Below, piece after piece: positions 37,959 to 50,600 of a stretch of 64,000 nucleotides of DNA (position 1 is its first letter; the number at the start of each line of letters is the position of its first letter). The stretch covers positions 2,790,001 to 2,854,000 of the forward strand of contig CM035360.1 in the NCBI GenBank assembly GCA_020137815.1, in the 5' to 3' direction. Position numbers and translations under genes: made by a program. Source of the stretch: Hormiphora californensis. Lineage: Eukaryota; Animalia; Ctenophora. Below the pieces are notes generated by a model. It was not told the DNA's origin. It was given only the letters and a program-made list of their open reading frames with translations, and made no database searches.

Positions 37959-39111
37959 GCCATACACTAAAAAGTAATTTTCACTACAATATTGTCGAAA
38001 TAAGGCGACGGCCGACGCTTAACGGTTTGTTGAATGACCTGGGGCGCCCTGAATCCTAATGTTCCCCTTTTTCGTGGAGGCCCGGTAGCGGTGTAAGAGA
38101 CAGAGCCCCGGTATCAGGGCCCAAGCATTTACCTTTTCGCAACTATTTCAACAATCTGAGGGCGTGAGCAGTGGCACACGAGCAGCTTCATCGGCCATCG
38201 CTGAAAAAATGTTTCACGTACACGGTACACACTACACTGTAGGTACTGTGGTACGCCCAAGAGGGGCTTCAAAATGCACATGACGGACAAGTCAACACCG
38301 ATTGGCATCACTTATCAACAGCCGAGGAGAAGCTGAGTGGAAAACGTTAAAATCTGGGTGCCTTTCATTGCTAACAATTCGTAGTTTTAGCGCGCGCGAC
38401 GGGTTAGGGCTATCCGTTAGGGTCTGGTTAGGGTTTGGTTAGGGGTTATCGGTTAGGGCTATCGATTCTCTATCAGTTACCGTTTAGTTTACTCAAATTG
38501 GCCATGTGGTTGCGTGGCTATAGCCGTTTAGGGCCTGTAGCATAGGCCAAGTTGGAGGGTGAACAGTTGAATAAAAATGGACTTTATCAAGGCAGCGCTT
38601 TTCAAAAAAGTGAAAAGAACGTCGCGCAAGATGAAAGAAACTTTCAAAAACTTTTAAAGTTGAACGCGCGGCGCGTTCCATACAAATGCAGCGTAAAAAT
38701 AAAGATATTCTTTACGCCGCGCGGGCAGATGCAGAAATTTTTGCAGATTTCTTGCACTTTTTTTGATTTGGCGTTTCTTTTTTTCTGTATTTTTGTTGAT
38801 CGGATTTTGGTGGTTGAGACGGGTTAGGGCTGCCTGTTAGGGTTTTGTTTAGGATTATCGGTTAGTGCTATCCATCATCTATCAGATACCGTTAAGTTTA
38901 CTCAAATTTTCCATGTGGTTGCGTGGCTATAGCCGTTTGAAAAAAGTCTGTCTAGAAAATAAAACTACAGTCAGCAGTGTAGACTGTAGCGTGCACCTGT
39001 AAAGAGGCTTCATATCAAGGCACCCAGATTGTAATCTCAATTTTAAGTTGCACTGGCAGAGAGCTATCAGATAGCATCAGCTGAAGCATGAAGCCCCTTC
39101 CCTAGCTGAAA

Positions 39112-40377
39112 ACTGATCCAAAGGGAGTTCGTGTACAGTGTGCTAACTGTAAGAGTCACTTTCACAAGACCTGTGCCAATCCCTTTTTTGCCAACTATAC
39201 TGGTAATACGCTCCCGAAGAATTTTAATGGCTGGTGGTGTACTCAGTGTCTAGTATTGCGGGACATTGATGAGGGAAACCAGGTGTTAATAAATTCCTTG
39301 ACAGCTAAACTAGCTCCTCATTTCGAGGCACGTTTTGATGACCTCTCTAAGGAAATGGACGGTAAGGTGAGCCAATTGAATGATCAAATTGAGTCTAAGA
39401 TTCTTGCGGTACTCCAGTCCTTCTTCCCCAATAGATCACCTTCTCCATCAAACCCGTCATCTGCTTCTCCCTCCCTAGAGATCCTCCAGGACTCTATGGC
39501 AACTCCTATCAAAACCTCCACTTCCCAATTCGTTACCACCCCTAAATCTTCAACCACCTATGCATCCTTGATTGATAAACCAGCTGCCCCCACAGCTGAT
39601 CCGCTCCCCATCATCCCACCACCGCGTCCCGTTCTTAAATCGGCCCCATCTCTGAAACTGAAGGTACAATGTCCCAACAAAGATGCTTCCGAAATAGCTA
39701 AGACCCTTGACAGGGTATTGGTGTCGACCCCTCTGAACTTCCTTGACTGCAAAGGTGAGGATCAAATCGTTATTGGATTTCCGAGCTCAACGGACTTGAA
39801 GTCTGTAAGTGATATTATTGACGAAAAGACTCCTGATGAGGTTACTGTTGCTCCAGTTACCCTAACTGCAAAAGTGACCGTTCTTAGCGTGCCTCTGGAA
39901 ACTGAGGGAGTAGGCAAAGAGGCTCTCAACAAATTGGTCCTGCACAATCTTCTATCCAAAAACCCATGGCTCAGCTCTAATAACACTACTGTCGTTGACG
40001 TTAAGAGCCACTTCAAAAACAAGCAGCTGTGCAATGTTGGTCTTAGGCTTCCAGTAGAGATCCAGAAACGTTTGCTGCAGGAAGGCAAGTTGTATTACGG
40101 CAGATCGAGGCTGAATGTTCAGGAGCGCTTCTATATCCAGCAATGCTACAAGTGCCAGGGGTACAATCATGTTAGCAAGGACTGTACAAGTGATGTCTCG
40201 GTGTGTAAGAGATGTGGCGGTGACCACGATGTGAAGAAATGTGATGCTCCCCATACAAAACTCTGTGTTAATTGTAACCATTCTGCTGAACATAAAGCTA
40301 ATGCGATAACCCATTTCAGTGGTGATCACAAATGCCCAGTGCGCCTCAACATAATTAATGGGATGGCAAAAAACTAG
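39112..40377 (+). CDS. LINE ORF1 (partial PHD finger, coiled coil, CCHC zinc knuckles); no ATG before the PHD remnant, 5'-truncated
   Basis: The frame is open from 39106: VQCANCKSHFHKTC..GWWCTQC (PHD lacking the first CxxC); QCYKCQGYNHVSKDC, CKRCGGDH..C, CVNC..H..CP. Confidence 0.88.
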   Translation, partial: TDPKGVRVQCANCKSHFHKTCANPFFANYTGNTLPKNFNGWWCTQCLVLRDIDEGNQVLINSLTAKLAPHFEARFDDLSKEMDGKVSQLNDQIESKILAVLQSFFPNRSPSPSNPSSASPSLEILQDSMATPIKTSTSQFVTTPKSSTTYASLIDKPAAPTADPLPIIPPPRPVLKSAPSLKLKVQCPNKDASEIAKTLDRVLVSTPLNFLDCKGEDQIVIGFPSSTDLKSVSDIIDEKTPDEVTVAPVTLTAKVTVLSVPLETEGVGKEALNKLVLHNLLSKNPWLSSNNTTVVDVKSHFKNKQLCNVGLRLPVEIQKRLLQEGKLYYGRSRLNVQERFYIQQCYKCQGYNHVSKDCTSDVSVCKRCGGDHDVKKCDAPHTKLCVNCNHSAEHKANAITHFSGDHKCPVRLNIINGMAKN

Positions 40378-40379
40378 AG

Positions 40380-43319
40380 ATGTTAGAGGCTCCTTATCTC
40401 AGATTTGCTAACTTGAACTGCTTTTCTATCCGGAATAAACTTGAGGAGGTCATGATGTTAGTCTCTGAGAACTGTGTCGATGTTATGTGCATTACTGAGA
40501 GCTGGCTCCATGAAGAAGAACACTCCATTAGCAGACAAATTTCTGAGTTTGATTATCAACTAATCAACCTCTCGAGAGGATCCAGAGGTGGGGGTGTAGC
40601 GGTTATCTCTAGGAATGGTTTGACGGTGAAGCGGTGCAAAACTAACAGACAATTTTCATCTTTTGAGTGTTTAGAGGTGACGGTGGAGGGGCGAGGAGTA
40701 GAGCTCACTAGAGCGGCTGTTGTTTATCGCCCACCAGATGCGTCTAAACAGACTGCTTTCTTGGACGAATTTGGAGATTTCTTGTCTGACTTCACGACCA
40801 AGTCAGGCCATCTAGTATTAACAGGTGATTTCAACATTCACATTGAGAACCCCAGCTGCTCTTTTTCTGATAACTTCATGCAGATAGTTGGAGACCATAA
40901 CTGGCAACAGAAGATCGACCAGCCAACACACATAAATGGAGGTTGGCTTGATTTGGTTCTCACAAATGATGATTACCTCTTGAGTGATGTCGATGTTTTA
41001 CCTACCCCAGAAGTCCCTGATCATTTTCTGGTGTCATTCAACGTTCACTGTGGCTCATCAAACCGTCTTCCTCAGAAAAAGACTGTTGTATCTAGATGCA
41101 TGCGAAGAGTGACGGTGGAAGCTATAACTGAAATGATCCAGAAATCTGAGCTGAAGGGCCCCAATTTTCCTGGGCGATCTCTTACTGAGTGCGCTGAGAT
41201 GTATGATGAACTCTTATTAGACATTCTAGACGAGCTTGCACCTCTTGAAGAGAAAACACTTTTGATCGGTGACAAACCTCGGTGGTTTGACGTTGACTGT
41301 TATACAGCACTGAGGAGCAGGCGTGGGGCTGAGCGCAGGTATCGACGGCGTTACAAGAAGAAGCTAAAGAAGCCCAATCGAGTTACTTATGAAGAACTTG
41401 ATCTAGCGGAAAGGGAGTTTGTAAGAGAAGTGAGATACGCAAGGTCAGTGTTTAGACGGGCTAGACGAGAGTTTTTCAGACGCAGACTTCAGGCTGCTGA
41501 GGGCAATCCATCTGCTACCTATCAGGTGATGAACTACCTGCTGGGTAAAGATAAAACCCCGAAAGCACTCCCAACAGTGCCTGATCCTGCTAAACTTCCG
41601 GATTTACTGAGTGAGTTCTTTCACTCCAAAGTTGAAAAGATTTATCAAGATATTCGAAATGATCCATCCTTCTCAGAAACCTTGCCTAACTTGCCCGATA
41701 CGAGAACACCAACATCAGTGCCTGTCCTTGCATCGTTTAAACCGGTATCGGATGAACAACTTGTATCTACCATCCGGAGAATGAACCAAAAACATTGTTC
41801 CCTTGACCCTATACCGACCTCTCTACTCACAGGTGCCTTACCTCATCTCCTACCAATAATCTCGAAGATTGTCAACTCCAGTCTGTCCCAAGGAGAAGTG
41901 CCTGATAACTTGAAAACAGCTGTAATAAGACCTGCTCACAAAAATGCGTCATTGGATCCGGATCAATTGAAAAGCTACAGACCTATTTCCAACTTATCAT
42001 TTTTATCAAAGGTAGTAGAGAAATGTGTAGCTGAGCAGCTGATTGACCATCTTGAAAAACATGATCTTTTCGCTAAATTCCAGTCCGCCTATAGAACGAA
42101 ACATTCTTGCGAAACGGCGACCGTGAAAATTGTCAATGACATCCTCTTGCAGATTGACAGCAAATCTCAGGTGATTCTTGTGTTATTGGACCTCTCGGCC
42201 GCGTTCGACACCATCTCGCATTCAGAACTGTTACGGCGACTTGAGAATGAATATCGAATTGGAGGTAGTGTTCTGAAATGGATCAAATCCTACCTGTCAG
42301 GACGCTTTGCGAAGGTTAAGATCGGATCGACGGAGTCCAGTTCGAAACCTATTGAAATCGGAGTGCCCCAAGGGTCTATTCTTGGCCCGTTGTTGTTTAT
42401 CCTATATATGAAGGACCTGGAAAAGATTGCTGCATTATACGACCTAACCATACATATGTATGCTGATGATAGTCAGATATATGTTTCATTCTCACCAGAA
42501 TCAATCGGTGAGGTGACCGAAAGACTACAGAAATGCATGGCACACATAAAATTGTGGATGGCTCATAGTATGCTGAAGCTCAACCCAGAGAAAACGGAAG
42601 TTCTCATCCTGAAAAACAAATGGAGTAAATCACCTGATATTGAGAACATATTGATCAATCCAGAAGATGGCGAAACAGAAGTCACCCCAAGAGCGAGAAA
42701 CTTGGGCGTAATGTTTGACAGCATATTATCAATGGCCGATCACGTTACTAAAGTTGTCAAAGCTTGCAATCTACAACTGGTACAGATGTGGAGAATAGCC
42801 GGAAAATTGAGTAAGGCACAGAAAACTAAGCTGGTTTCAACCCTTATTCATAGCCGTATCGATTATTGCAACTCTCTTTTGGTTTCATTAAAGGATTCTG
42901 ACCTGAAACGTCTACAGAAAGTTCAGAACAGTGCGACACGATACATTTACGGGAAAAGAGGAAAACGCGGTGTAACAAAACTTCGTATGAAATCACACTT
43001 CTTGCCTGTGAAACAGCGAATAGAGTACAAAATTTGCTTGATGGTATACAAGACTCTTCATGATCAATCCCCTCCATACATGTCTGAGATGTTAGTGAAG
43101 CGGCCCCAGAAAGTGAAATCACTCCGAGTGGATAATGACGTCACCGCTCTGAAAGAGGTGCGGAGGAGTGAGTACCACTACGAGAACACTAGAGGCGCTT
43201 TCAGTATTGCTGCACCTAAATTATGGAATCAGCTACCACGATCAATCCGGGACTCAGAATCCCTTACTACTAAAACATCCCTGAAGACGCACTTGTTCTT
43301 TAGAGCATACAACCAATGA
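40380..43319 (+). CDS. LINE ORF2: AP endonuclease + reverse transcriptase, 979 aa
   Basis: NCFSIRNK, ITESWL, GDFN, LDL, PDH (APE); YRPISNL, LDLSAAFDT, GVPQGSILGP, YADD, KLNPEKTE, LWNQLP (RT). Confidence 0.97.
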   Translation: MLEAPYLRFANLNCFSIRNKLEEVMMLVSENCVDVMCITESWLHEEEHSISRQISEFDYQLINLSRGSRGGGVAVISRNGLTVKRCKTNRQFSSFECLEVTVEGRGVELTRAAVVYRPPDASKQTAFLDEFGDFLSDFTTKSGHLVLTGDFNIHIENPSCSFSDNFMQIVGDHNWQQKIDQPTHINGGWLDLVLTNDDYLLSDVDVLPTPEVPDHFLVSFNVHCGSSNRLPQKKTVVSRCMRRVTVEAITEMIQKSELKGPNFPGRSLTECAEMYDELLLDILDELAPLEEKTLLIGDKPRWFDVDCYTALRSRRGAERRYRRRYKKKLKKPNRVTYEELDLAEREFVREVRYARSVFRRARREFFRRRLQAAEGNPSATYQVMNYLLGKDKTPKALPTVPDPAKLPDLLSEFFHSKVEKIYQDIRNDPSFSETLPNLPDTRTPTSVPVLASFKPVSDEQLVSTIRRMNQKHCSLDPIPTSLLTGALPHLLPIISKIVNSSLSQGEVPDNLKTAVIRPAHKNASLDPDQLKSYRPISNLSFLSKVVEKCVAEQLIDHLEKHDLFAKFQSAYRTKHSCETATVKIVNDILLQIDSKSQVILVLLDLSAAFDTISHSELLRRLENEYRIGGSVLKWIKSYLSGRFAKVKIGSTESSSKPIEIGVPQGSILGPLLFILYMKDLEKIAALYDLTIHMYADDSQIYVSFSPESIGEVTERLQKCMAHIKLWMAHSMLKLNPEKTEVLILKNKWSKSPDIENILINPEDGETEVTPRARNLGVMFDSILSMADHVTKVVKACNLQLVQMWRIAGKLSKAQKTKLVSTLIHSRIDYCNSLLVSLKDSDLKRLQKVQNSATRYIYGKRGKRGVTKLRMKSHFLPVKQRIEYKICLMVYKTLHDQSPPYMSEMLVKRPQKVKSLRVDNDVTALKEVRRSEYHYENTRGAFSIAAPKLWNQLPRSIRDSESLTTKTSLKTHLFFRAYNQ

Positions 43320-44601
43320 TCGGCAAAATAATCCTCACTTCCCTACATTTGGTACATCCACATGGATTCCTGAGTAACTACTGTCTCCAACTCCTATTCC
43401 TGATTCCTGGCTCCTTTTTCTGTGATCCTCACGATTAACCGAGCCACCCTATCAGGGTCCAAGCATTTGCCTTTCGAACTATTTCCTCCACATCGAGGCG
43501 TGAGCTATGCACCCCACGATCCTTCCTACTCCTGAAAAAAAGTTCGCTACACAGTCACGTCCTTCACTGTAGCGTCCCACTCAACCTGGGTGCCCAAGCG
43601 GGCTTCAATATGCACCGGGGCTTTCACTACCACTTGGCATCACTATCTGCCTCCAGCCAGCGTCCAACTCGGTCCTATTCTACCCAAAGATCCGGTCAGT
43701 TGCACTCTCAATCATCACAAAAGTTGAAAGACTCGCCAACACATAGCCCCTCGGAAATGGTTCCATCTCCACAATCATCACCTGGGCATCCAACCGACCG
43801 CATGATCCGGCTTACTAGCTCTGCATTGATTCGGGCCTTTCCTTGACCTTGTCATACTTGACATTTCCGAGGGTCCTCAGAATGCTCTTTCCAAAACTTT
43901 TAAGTTTGAACGCGCGCCGTTCCTACCAATGCACGAAATTAAGATTCTTTCGCGTCAGAATTGGTCTTTCTGCACCTTCTTCATTGATCTGGCTTTTTTT
44001 CTCTTTTTTGGTGATCGATTTGGCGCTTCGCAAGTTCTATGTCTGACAATTTAAGCATTTCCGTTTTCAGGGTTAATTGTTAGTGCTATCCTTTACTTCG
44101 ATTCCGTTTAGTTTTACTCAAATTATCCACGTGGTTGCGTGGCTATAGCCGTTTGAAAAAAGTCTGTCTAGAAAATAAAAGTACAGTCAGCAGTGTAGTG
44201 TGCACCTGTAAACAGGCTTCACATCAAGGCACCCAGATTGTAATCTCACCTGAGTTGCACTGGCAGAGAGCTATCAGATAGCATCAGCTGAGAGGCCTGA
44301 AGCCCCTCCCCCTCCCCTAGCTGACCAGGTTTCATGATGGATACTTGTCAGGCACTGACTGTAACATCGTGCACGCTGCTAGCGACGTCTCGTCAATGAT
44401 GGGCATAGCCTTTTAGGATGTGTCCGCTCGAATGTCCACTTGTATTTCCGCTGTGTCTCTAAAAATGTTTATATCGGAATTTGAATATCTGACAAAGTAT
44501 TATCGCCGCACATCACAGTTTTATTGTTTACCAAATGCCCTGCTATCATCAAAAGTCGAAAGACCTGAAGTCATTTGAAAACCTCACACAATAGGTTGAT
44601 C

Positions 44602-47573
44602 ATGGCTGTTTGGGAATATCCAGAGGCTAGACAAGATGGAACCTGTGAGACCCTACACGGCAAACAGGTAGTTGTCATACAAGCACGAGGTTTCTTTATC
44701 TTCCCTCACATCCATGTTCAATACCAAATTAGTTGTCAGGCTCCTTGACCTCACGCAGCTGAGAAGACAGTCTTATTATATGAGAAAAACAATTAGCTTC
44801 TAATATTATTCAATAGGTGTCAGATCCCTACCGGTGGATGGAGGACCCTGACTGTGATGAAACTAAGGCCTATGTAGATGCTCAGAATGCCATAACCATG
44901 CCATTCCTTGAATCGTGTGGGGTTAAGAAGGCATTCCACGAGAAGCTGACTGAGTTGTACAACTATCCGAAACAGGGGTGCCCCTTTAAACGGGGAGACA
45001 AGTTCTATTACAACCATAATACTGGGCTACAAAATCAGAGGTAAATATGGTAATAATACTTTTCATTGTTGATACTTGATCAATGCGTTGAAAAGTCTGG
45101 TTATGTGTTGGTAACCAACCTAACCAACCCGTGTGATATTCTTGGTAGCTACCTGGTCTTTACTGGTGCGTGAACCAAGTAATAGATCAATGCAAATTTA
45201 ACCTAACCAACCCCGAACCCGTAATATAACCTAACATTTCAGTGTAATGTTCCAGATGGATAGTCCAGGTAGTGACGGAGAGGTGTTCTTCGATCCTAAC
45301 ACACTCTCTGAGGATGGCACTGTTGCCATGGGTAGTCGAGTAAGTAATAATTAGTGATTAACAATAGTTAGTTATAATTAGTACGTAATCAAATATATTT
45401 AAACACTGTACTACATATAAATGTAATCAAAATACGCCCAGGTCAAAATTGTTGACAATGTAGCAATGCGCTTGCCAGCACATTTTGGTAAACTCCCAGC
45501 ACATTTTGAAATTTAAGAGGGAACAATTAAATTGAGTCTGGCGTGCTCCTATTGGTCCATATATTGTCGACATTAGGTGCTATTTTTGATCGATTTTACA
45601 GAAAAACTTACTATGCCAATATATTGGCCTCTCTACCACCGGTCGCGAAGCAAATTTCTCTAATAAACGTCCTAGGGTGTTCCAATTGGTCTATATTTAC
45701 TCCTTATAACCGTGGGTAGTCGATATATTGAGTCTTAGGGGGTGCTGGCTGGGTGCTGGCATCCAGCAATGGGGCAGCAATGGATCGATTTTACAGAAAA
45801 AGTTACTATGTCAATATAGCCTCTCTGCCACCGGTCGCGAGGCAAATTTCTCCAATAAACGTCCTAGGGTGTTCCAATTGGTCTATATTTACTCCCTATA
45901 ACCGTGAATAGTCGATAAATAGAGTTTTAGGGGGTGCTGGCTGGGTGCTGGGATCCAGCAATGGGGCAGCAATGTAAACGTGTCTCATTGCTGCATATTG
46001 CTGGATGCCAGCACCCATTCTTCACCCCCTAAGACTCAATTTATCGACTATCCACGGTTATAGGGAGTAAATATAGACCAATTGGAACACCCTAGGACGT
46101 TTATTGGAGAAATTTGCCTCGCGACCGGTGACAGAGAGGCCATATTGACACAGTAACTTTTTCTGTAAAATTGATCCATTGCTGCCCCATTGCTGGATCC
46201 CAGCACCCAGCCAGCACCCCCTAAAACTCTATTTATCGACTATCCACGGTTATAGGGAGTAAATATAGACCAATTGGAACACCCTAGGACGTTTATTGGA
46301 GAAATTGGCTCCGCGACCGGCGGAAGAGAGGCATTATTGACGTCAACGTGCAATAGCAAAATTCCAGCACTTTTTGAATCCCAAAATTCCCATTGCCAGC
46401 ACTTTTTCAACAATTTTGACCTGGGAAAATACGGAAAAGTGTCTAAAATTAAGTTATTAAATTGATTAATTGTTTCCCTTTTTCAGAGCTTCTCTGAAGA
46501 CGGTCTAATAATGGCCTATACCATCAGTGTCAGTGGAAGCGATTGGAAAACAGTCAAGGTATTGTTTAGGGTCTCTTACAACACTCTTAGTAGCAGTAGC
46601 CGCAATTTTCAAAAAATGAAAGTATTCCCTCAATCTTATATAACGATACACTGTTTTTCTCTTTTTTCGTCATAACATTCGCATACTAAAATGTGTTCTC
46701 TCTAAAGAAAAAGTCACCCCTTGACCTTCTCCAGTTTATGACCCACCCCTTCTCCAGTTTATGACCCACCCCTTCTCCTGTCTCCAGTTTATGACCCACC
46801 ACCCCTTCTCCAGTTTATGACCCACCCCTTCTCCTGTCTCCAGTTTATGACCCATCACCCCTTCTCCAGTTTATGACCCATCCCTTCTCCTGTCTCCAGT
46901 TTATGACCCATCACCCCTTCTCCAGTTTATGACCCATCCCTTCTCCTGTCTCCAGTTTATGACCCACCACCCCTTCTCCAGTTTATGACCCACCGCCCCT
47001 TTCAGTACATGACCCACCCCTTCTCTTGTCTCCAGTTTATTATGTCTCATTGCATCACCACCTTCTCTTGTGTCCAGTTTATGACCCAATCCTTTCAGTT
47101 TATGAGGACAGACACTAAGGAGGAGCTAAAGGATGTTTTGGAAAATGTTAAATTCTCATGCCTAACTTGGACCCATGACCACAAAGGTAAAACACGCGGG
47201 TATCTTAGCTTAGGTCGGGAGGGTGGGCGGGGTTCTTTTTATGTTTATCTTTCTCCCTCTGCAAGGTCTTCAAGGTTTCCCTCTCTAATATTTTACCTGA
47301 CCTGCAATGTTTATCTTTCTCTCGGCGTCGTAAGGTGTACCTTTCTGCAAATTTAATGAAATTAGTGACCTGTGCAACACGGCTGTGTAAGGTTGCAAGG
47401 TATCTCCATTCGGTTGATTTAATTAATCAGCGGCTGTTCTCTCTGGTTTCCTTCTCTGCAAGGCGCTTTTTTGCACAGTTTCACCTGATTTCATTATCTC
47501 ACACTAACCTGTCTCACACTAACCTGTCTTATCAGGTTTTCTCTTTCTCTCTCTCTCTCTCTCGCTCTCTCTT

Positions 47574-47640
<67 letters not shown>

Positions 47641-50600
47641 CGCCTGTAACTTCTAAATTAAGTTACATGGACCTGCAGCAGAACTACCGCAGGAAAATAA
47701 AAAACAGGGCAAAATGAGAGTGCCTCAATATTGTGATGATTCCGCAATGTAATACCGGTGATTTATCACTTTACGTCGCAATACAGCAATGGTGCCATAT
47801 TAATTAGCCCTGTTTATCATGTTGCACTTAGCTTGCACTTTAACGGAAGTATGAGCCAACTGGAACATAATCAAAACATGCAATGTAGTAGAATCAAAAT
47901 ATAATACCCGTCCCTCATTGTAATATTACAGAGTGCTAGAGGGTGTTCTTCTTCTAGAGGGTGTTACTGCAGGGGTCTGGAAATTTCCAAGCTCCAAAAC
48001 TATGTAATGGCCTCGGGTTGGACAATTACAGTGGAGGATTCACACGCTGAGAAAGCGAGAGAGAAGGAAAGAAATAGGAACAAAATAAGGCATCATATTA
48101 TAGTAAACTAGTTTTTATCTGTTCTGTTGCATCCTCTGTAGTCTCTTCTTAGTATATTTCTAAAGACTAAAGTTTAGTTGGCTGAGAATTCTTGGTTGGT
48201 GTGGACTGTGGTGGGATTAGAACCAGATAACGACCAGTTTAGCCGTTTGAATGCGATGGAAAAATATAAAAAATAAGTGATGAAGAGCATACGACATATA
48301 ACAGCTGTAAGAATATGATACGACTGATGCAGTTTTAGAGTTTATACTTGCTTTGTTCTGCTGAAAACAGTGAACTGCATAATTTCCTCTGAGCTTGTTG
48401 AATTGGCAATGATCCATGTTTATTCCCTCTAGCTGTACCATGGTAACTACAATAACTATTTCCGAAGAGTTTTGTGCATTTTCTGTAGTTGTCTCTTCTC
48501 ATCCATCTTACAGAAAACAATTCATTGCTGGGGAGTTTGTGGGGAGATTTTTTGTGGAAAAATCTGCTGATTTTTTGGTTTTATGTGTGGGACTCAAGCC
48601 TTTACAGTCAACAAAGGAATGGATGTGTATAACTACATTTTCTCTGACTGAAAAGTCTTCTGGGACAATCAAGAAATGTAAACGTTACAAATTCTCTAAT
48701 ATCAATAACGGTTTTCCCGTATTAATGTCACGGGAAGAACTTGCTGAAATTCAAACCTTAACTATTGAAGCCGAGATAACAATTAAAGATAGTTATCTCG
48801 GTCCACCGAATGTCCCTGACTTGAAATCAAACAAGGTTATTTTTCATCGACTGGTAAAGGACTTTATCTCGGCCAAGTTTCAAACCATCAGACATCAAGC
48901 GAACGGATCGACTTGGATAACGGAAAGTAAAATGAGTGACGACAGGTTAACATTTGTGGTAAATAGATACAACGAAGAAGGAAAACTTGAGTCGAATCTA
49001 CCCAGCGGGTCAGTGGTAATAACCATGCGAGCACCCACTTTAATCGAAACTAAGTTTGGAGATTTGGGAGAAGAATTTTGCTTCAGCATTGAGACCAACA
49101 AAGATGCAGATGTTACCTTTTTGATACACGATCAACCATCCCCATACAAGTCAGAGGTGCAGAAGGGAGCAAACTTTGGGAGAGACTATCTGTCCATTCA
49201 AACTCATGGAAACGCCAGCTTTTGCCTGAAGGATAATAGAAAAATCCCTCTCAATTCCTATATTCTAGCTGAAAACTCTCCTGTTCTGAAGAACTTCATC
49301 GAGGAAGAGGGAGAATTGGACCATGATGTTTCTGACTTCGATTCTAATTCCGTTCAGATCTTTGTCGATGCTTGTTACACTGGGACTCTTGAAATGTTGG
49401 ATGACACGACCGAGTTCAACGTTTTCAGCGATTTTGTTAAAATGATTGCTGTTTTAAAGTTGACTGGGCAAAGGAAGCATGTCTTGGCTTCTATAAACAA
49501 AACCTCCCGGAACCATCCGATAATTTCAATGCCTACTGGGACTATGCTCTTCTAGCACTAGAATCCGCTGTAAAGTATGGAAATGCGAGTCTTTTGGAAC
49601 ACTTTCTTTTCGGTTACCCCACAAAAGAAACCAAAGTTTCAGTTCCGCTTTTTTTCACTTGTTGTAGAAACAACAAAGCGACCGCATTTCGATTTGGCTA
49701 TGATGGTCGAATTTGGCTTTGTCAAAAAATTCATTGAGCAAGTTCTGACTCTTCTGATGCTCGGACATGAGTTTCCTTTGGTGGACTACTGGCTGGAAAA
49801 CTTCAATTTCTCACTTTGTGACAAAGAAACATTGCCCTTGTTGACAGAGGTTTTAGAACCGATCACCGGCTCAGCGGTTAATTTGCTGCAAACTGCTAAC
49901 GGTTGTAGATGAGGAGAGTAACCAGACAGATGAAGACAGGAAAAAAGAAGATCAGGATAACTACGCCACGGATCCATTACCAAACGATGGAACACTGGCA
50001 ATGGTGGCAAGGAACCATTGGGCCAAAATTATAACCTCTACTTGGCCGTGCTCTAGCAAGAGACCCTTCTCTCTGGTCCAGAGGAAACTTTGGGAGAATG
50101 AGGAAAATACTGATACTGATTAGTGATTCTGAATAATGAGTTCCCCAGTGTCCCGATCTCTGGAATATGAAGGAAAGATAAATGCAAAAATTCTGCAGCA
50201 AAACAAAATCCTTGCAGCAAAATGAAAAAATATTGGGGACTGCAGCAGCTGCTGCTGCAGCAGCAGAAGATATTTCCCATACTTACACACAGAGATACAG
50301 CAGTGCTGCAGTGTTAACAGTGTGTAACACAGAGATAGAATATGTTGGGGCATGCCCCAGTTGTGCGTAATGCACCGACAACAGTCGAGTAAGGGGGAGG
50401 GGGAAAGAAAAGAGAGATTCATACTTTAACAAAGATCTCTTTTTTCCCCATAGCTTTACAAAGGGGTGAGATCGTTATAGTTACTGTTGCAGTACCTGAG
50501 TGGAATTTTCTCGGAATTTTCCATCTCTGCAGTCGCTGCAGCACTGCAGCAGGGAAGGGGAAGAAAAGAGAGATTCATACTTTAACATAGCTCTCTTTTT

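Larger units (their letters stand above)
39110..43440 (+). mobile_element. Non-LTR retrotransposon (L2/CR1 group), 5'-truncated, ORF2 open
   Basis: Two tandem ORFs: ORF1 with partial PHD and CCHC knuckles, ORF2 with APE and RT. The 3' end is approximate and no tail is visible. Confidence 0.92.

Noticed and set aside
38110-44325. LTR retrotransposon (long direct repeats around an RT)
   Set aside because: The enzyme is APE plus non-LTR RT with no protease, integrase, PBS or TG..CA ends; the repeats are host flank sequence.
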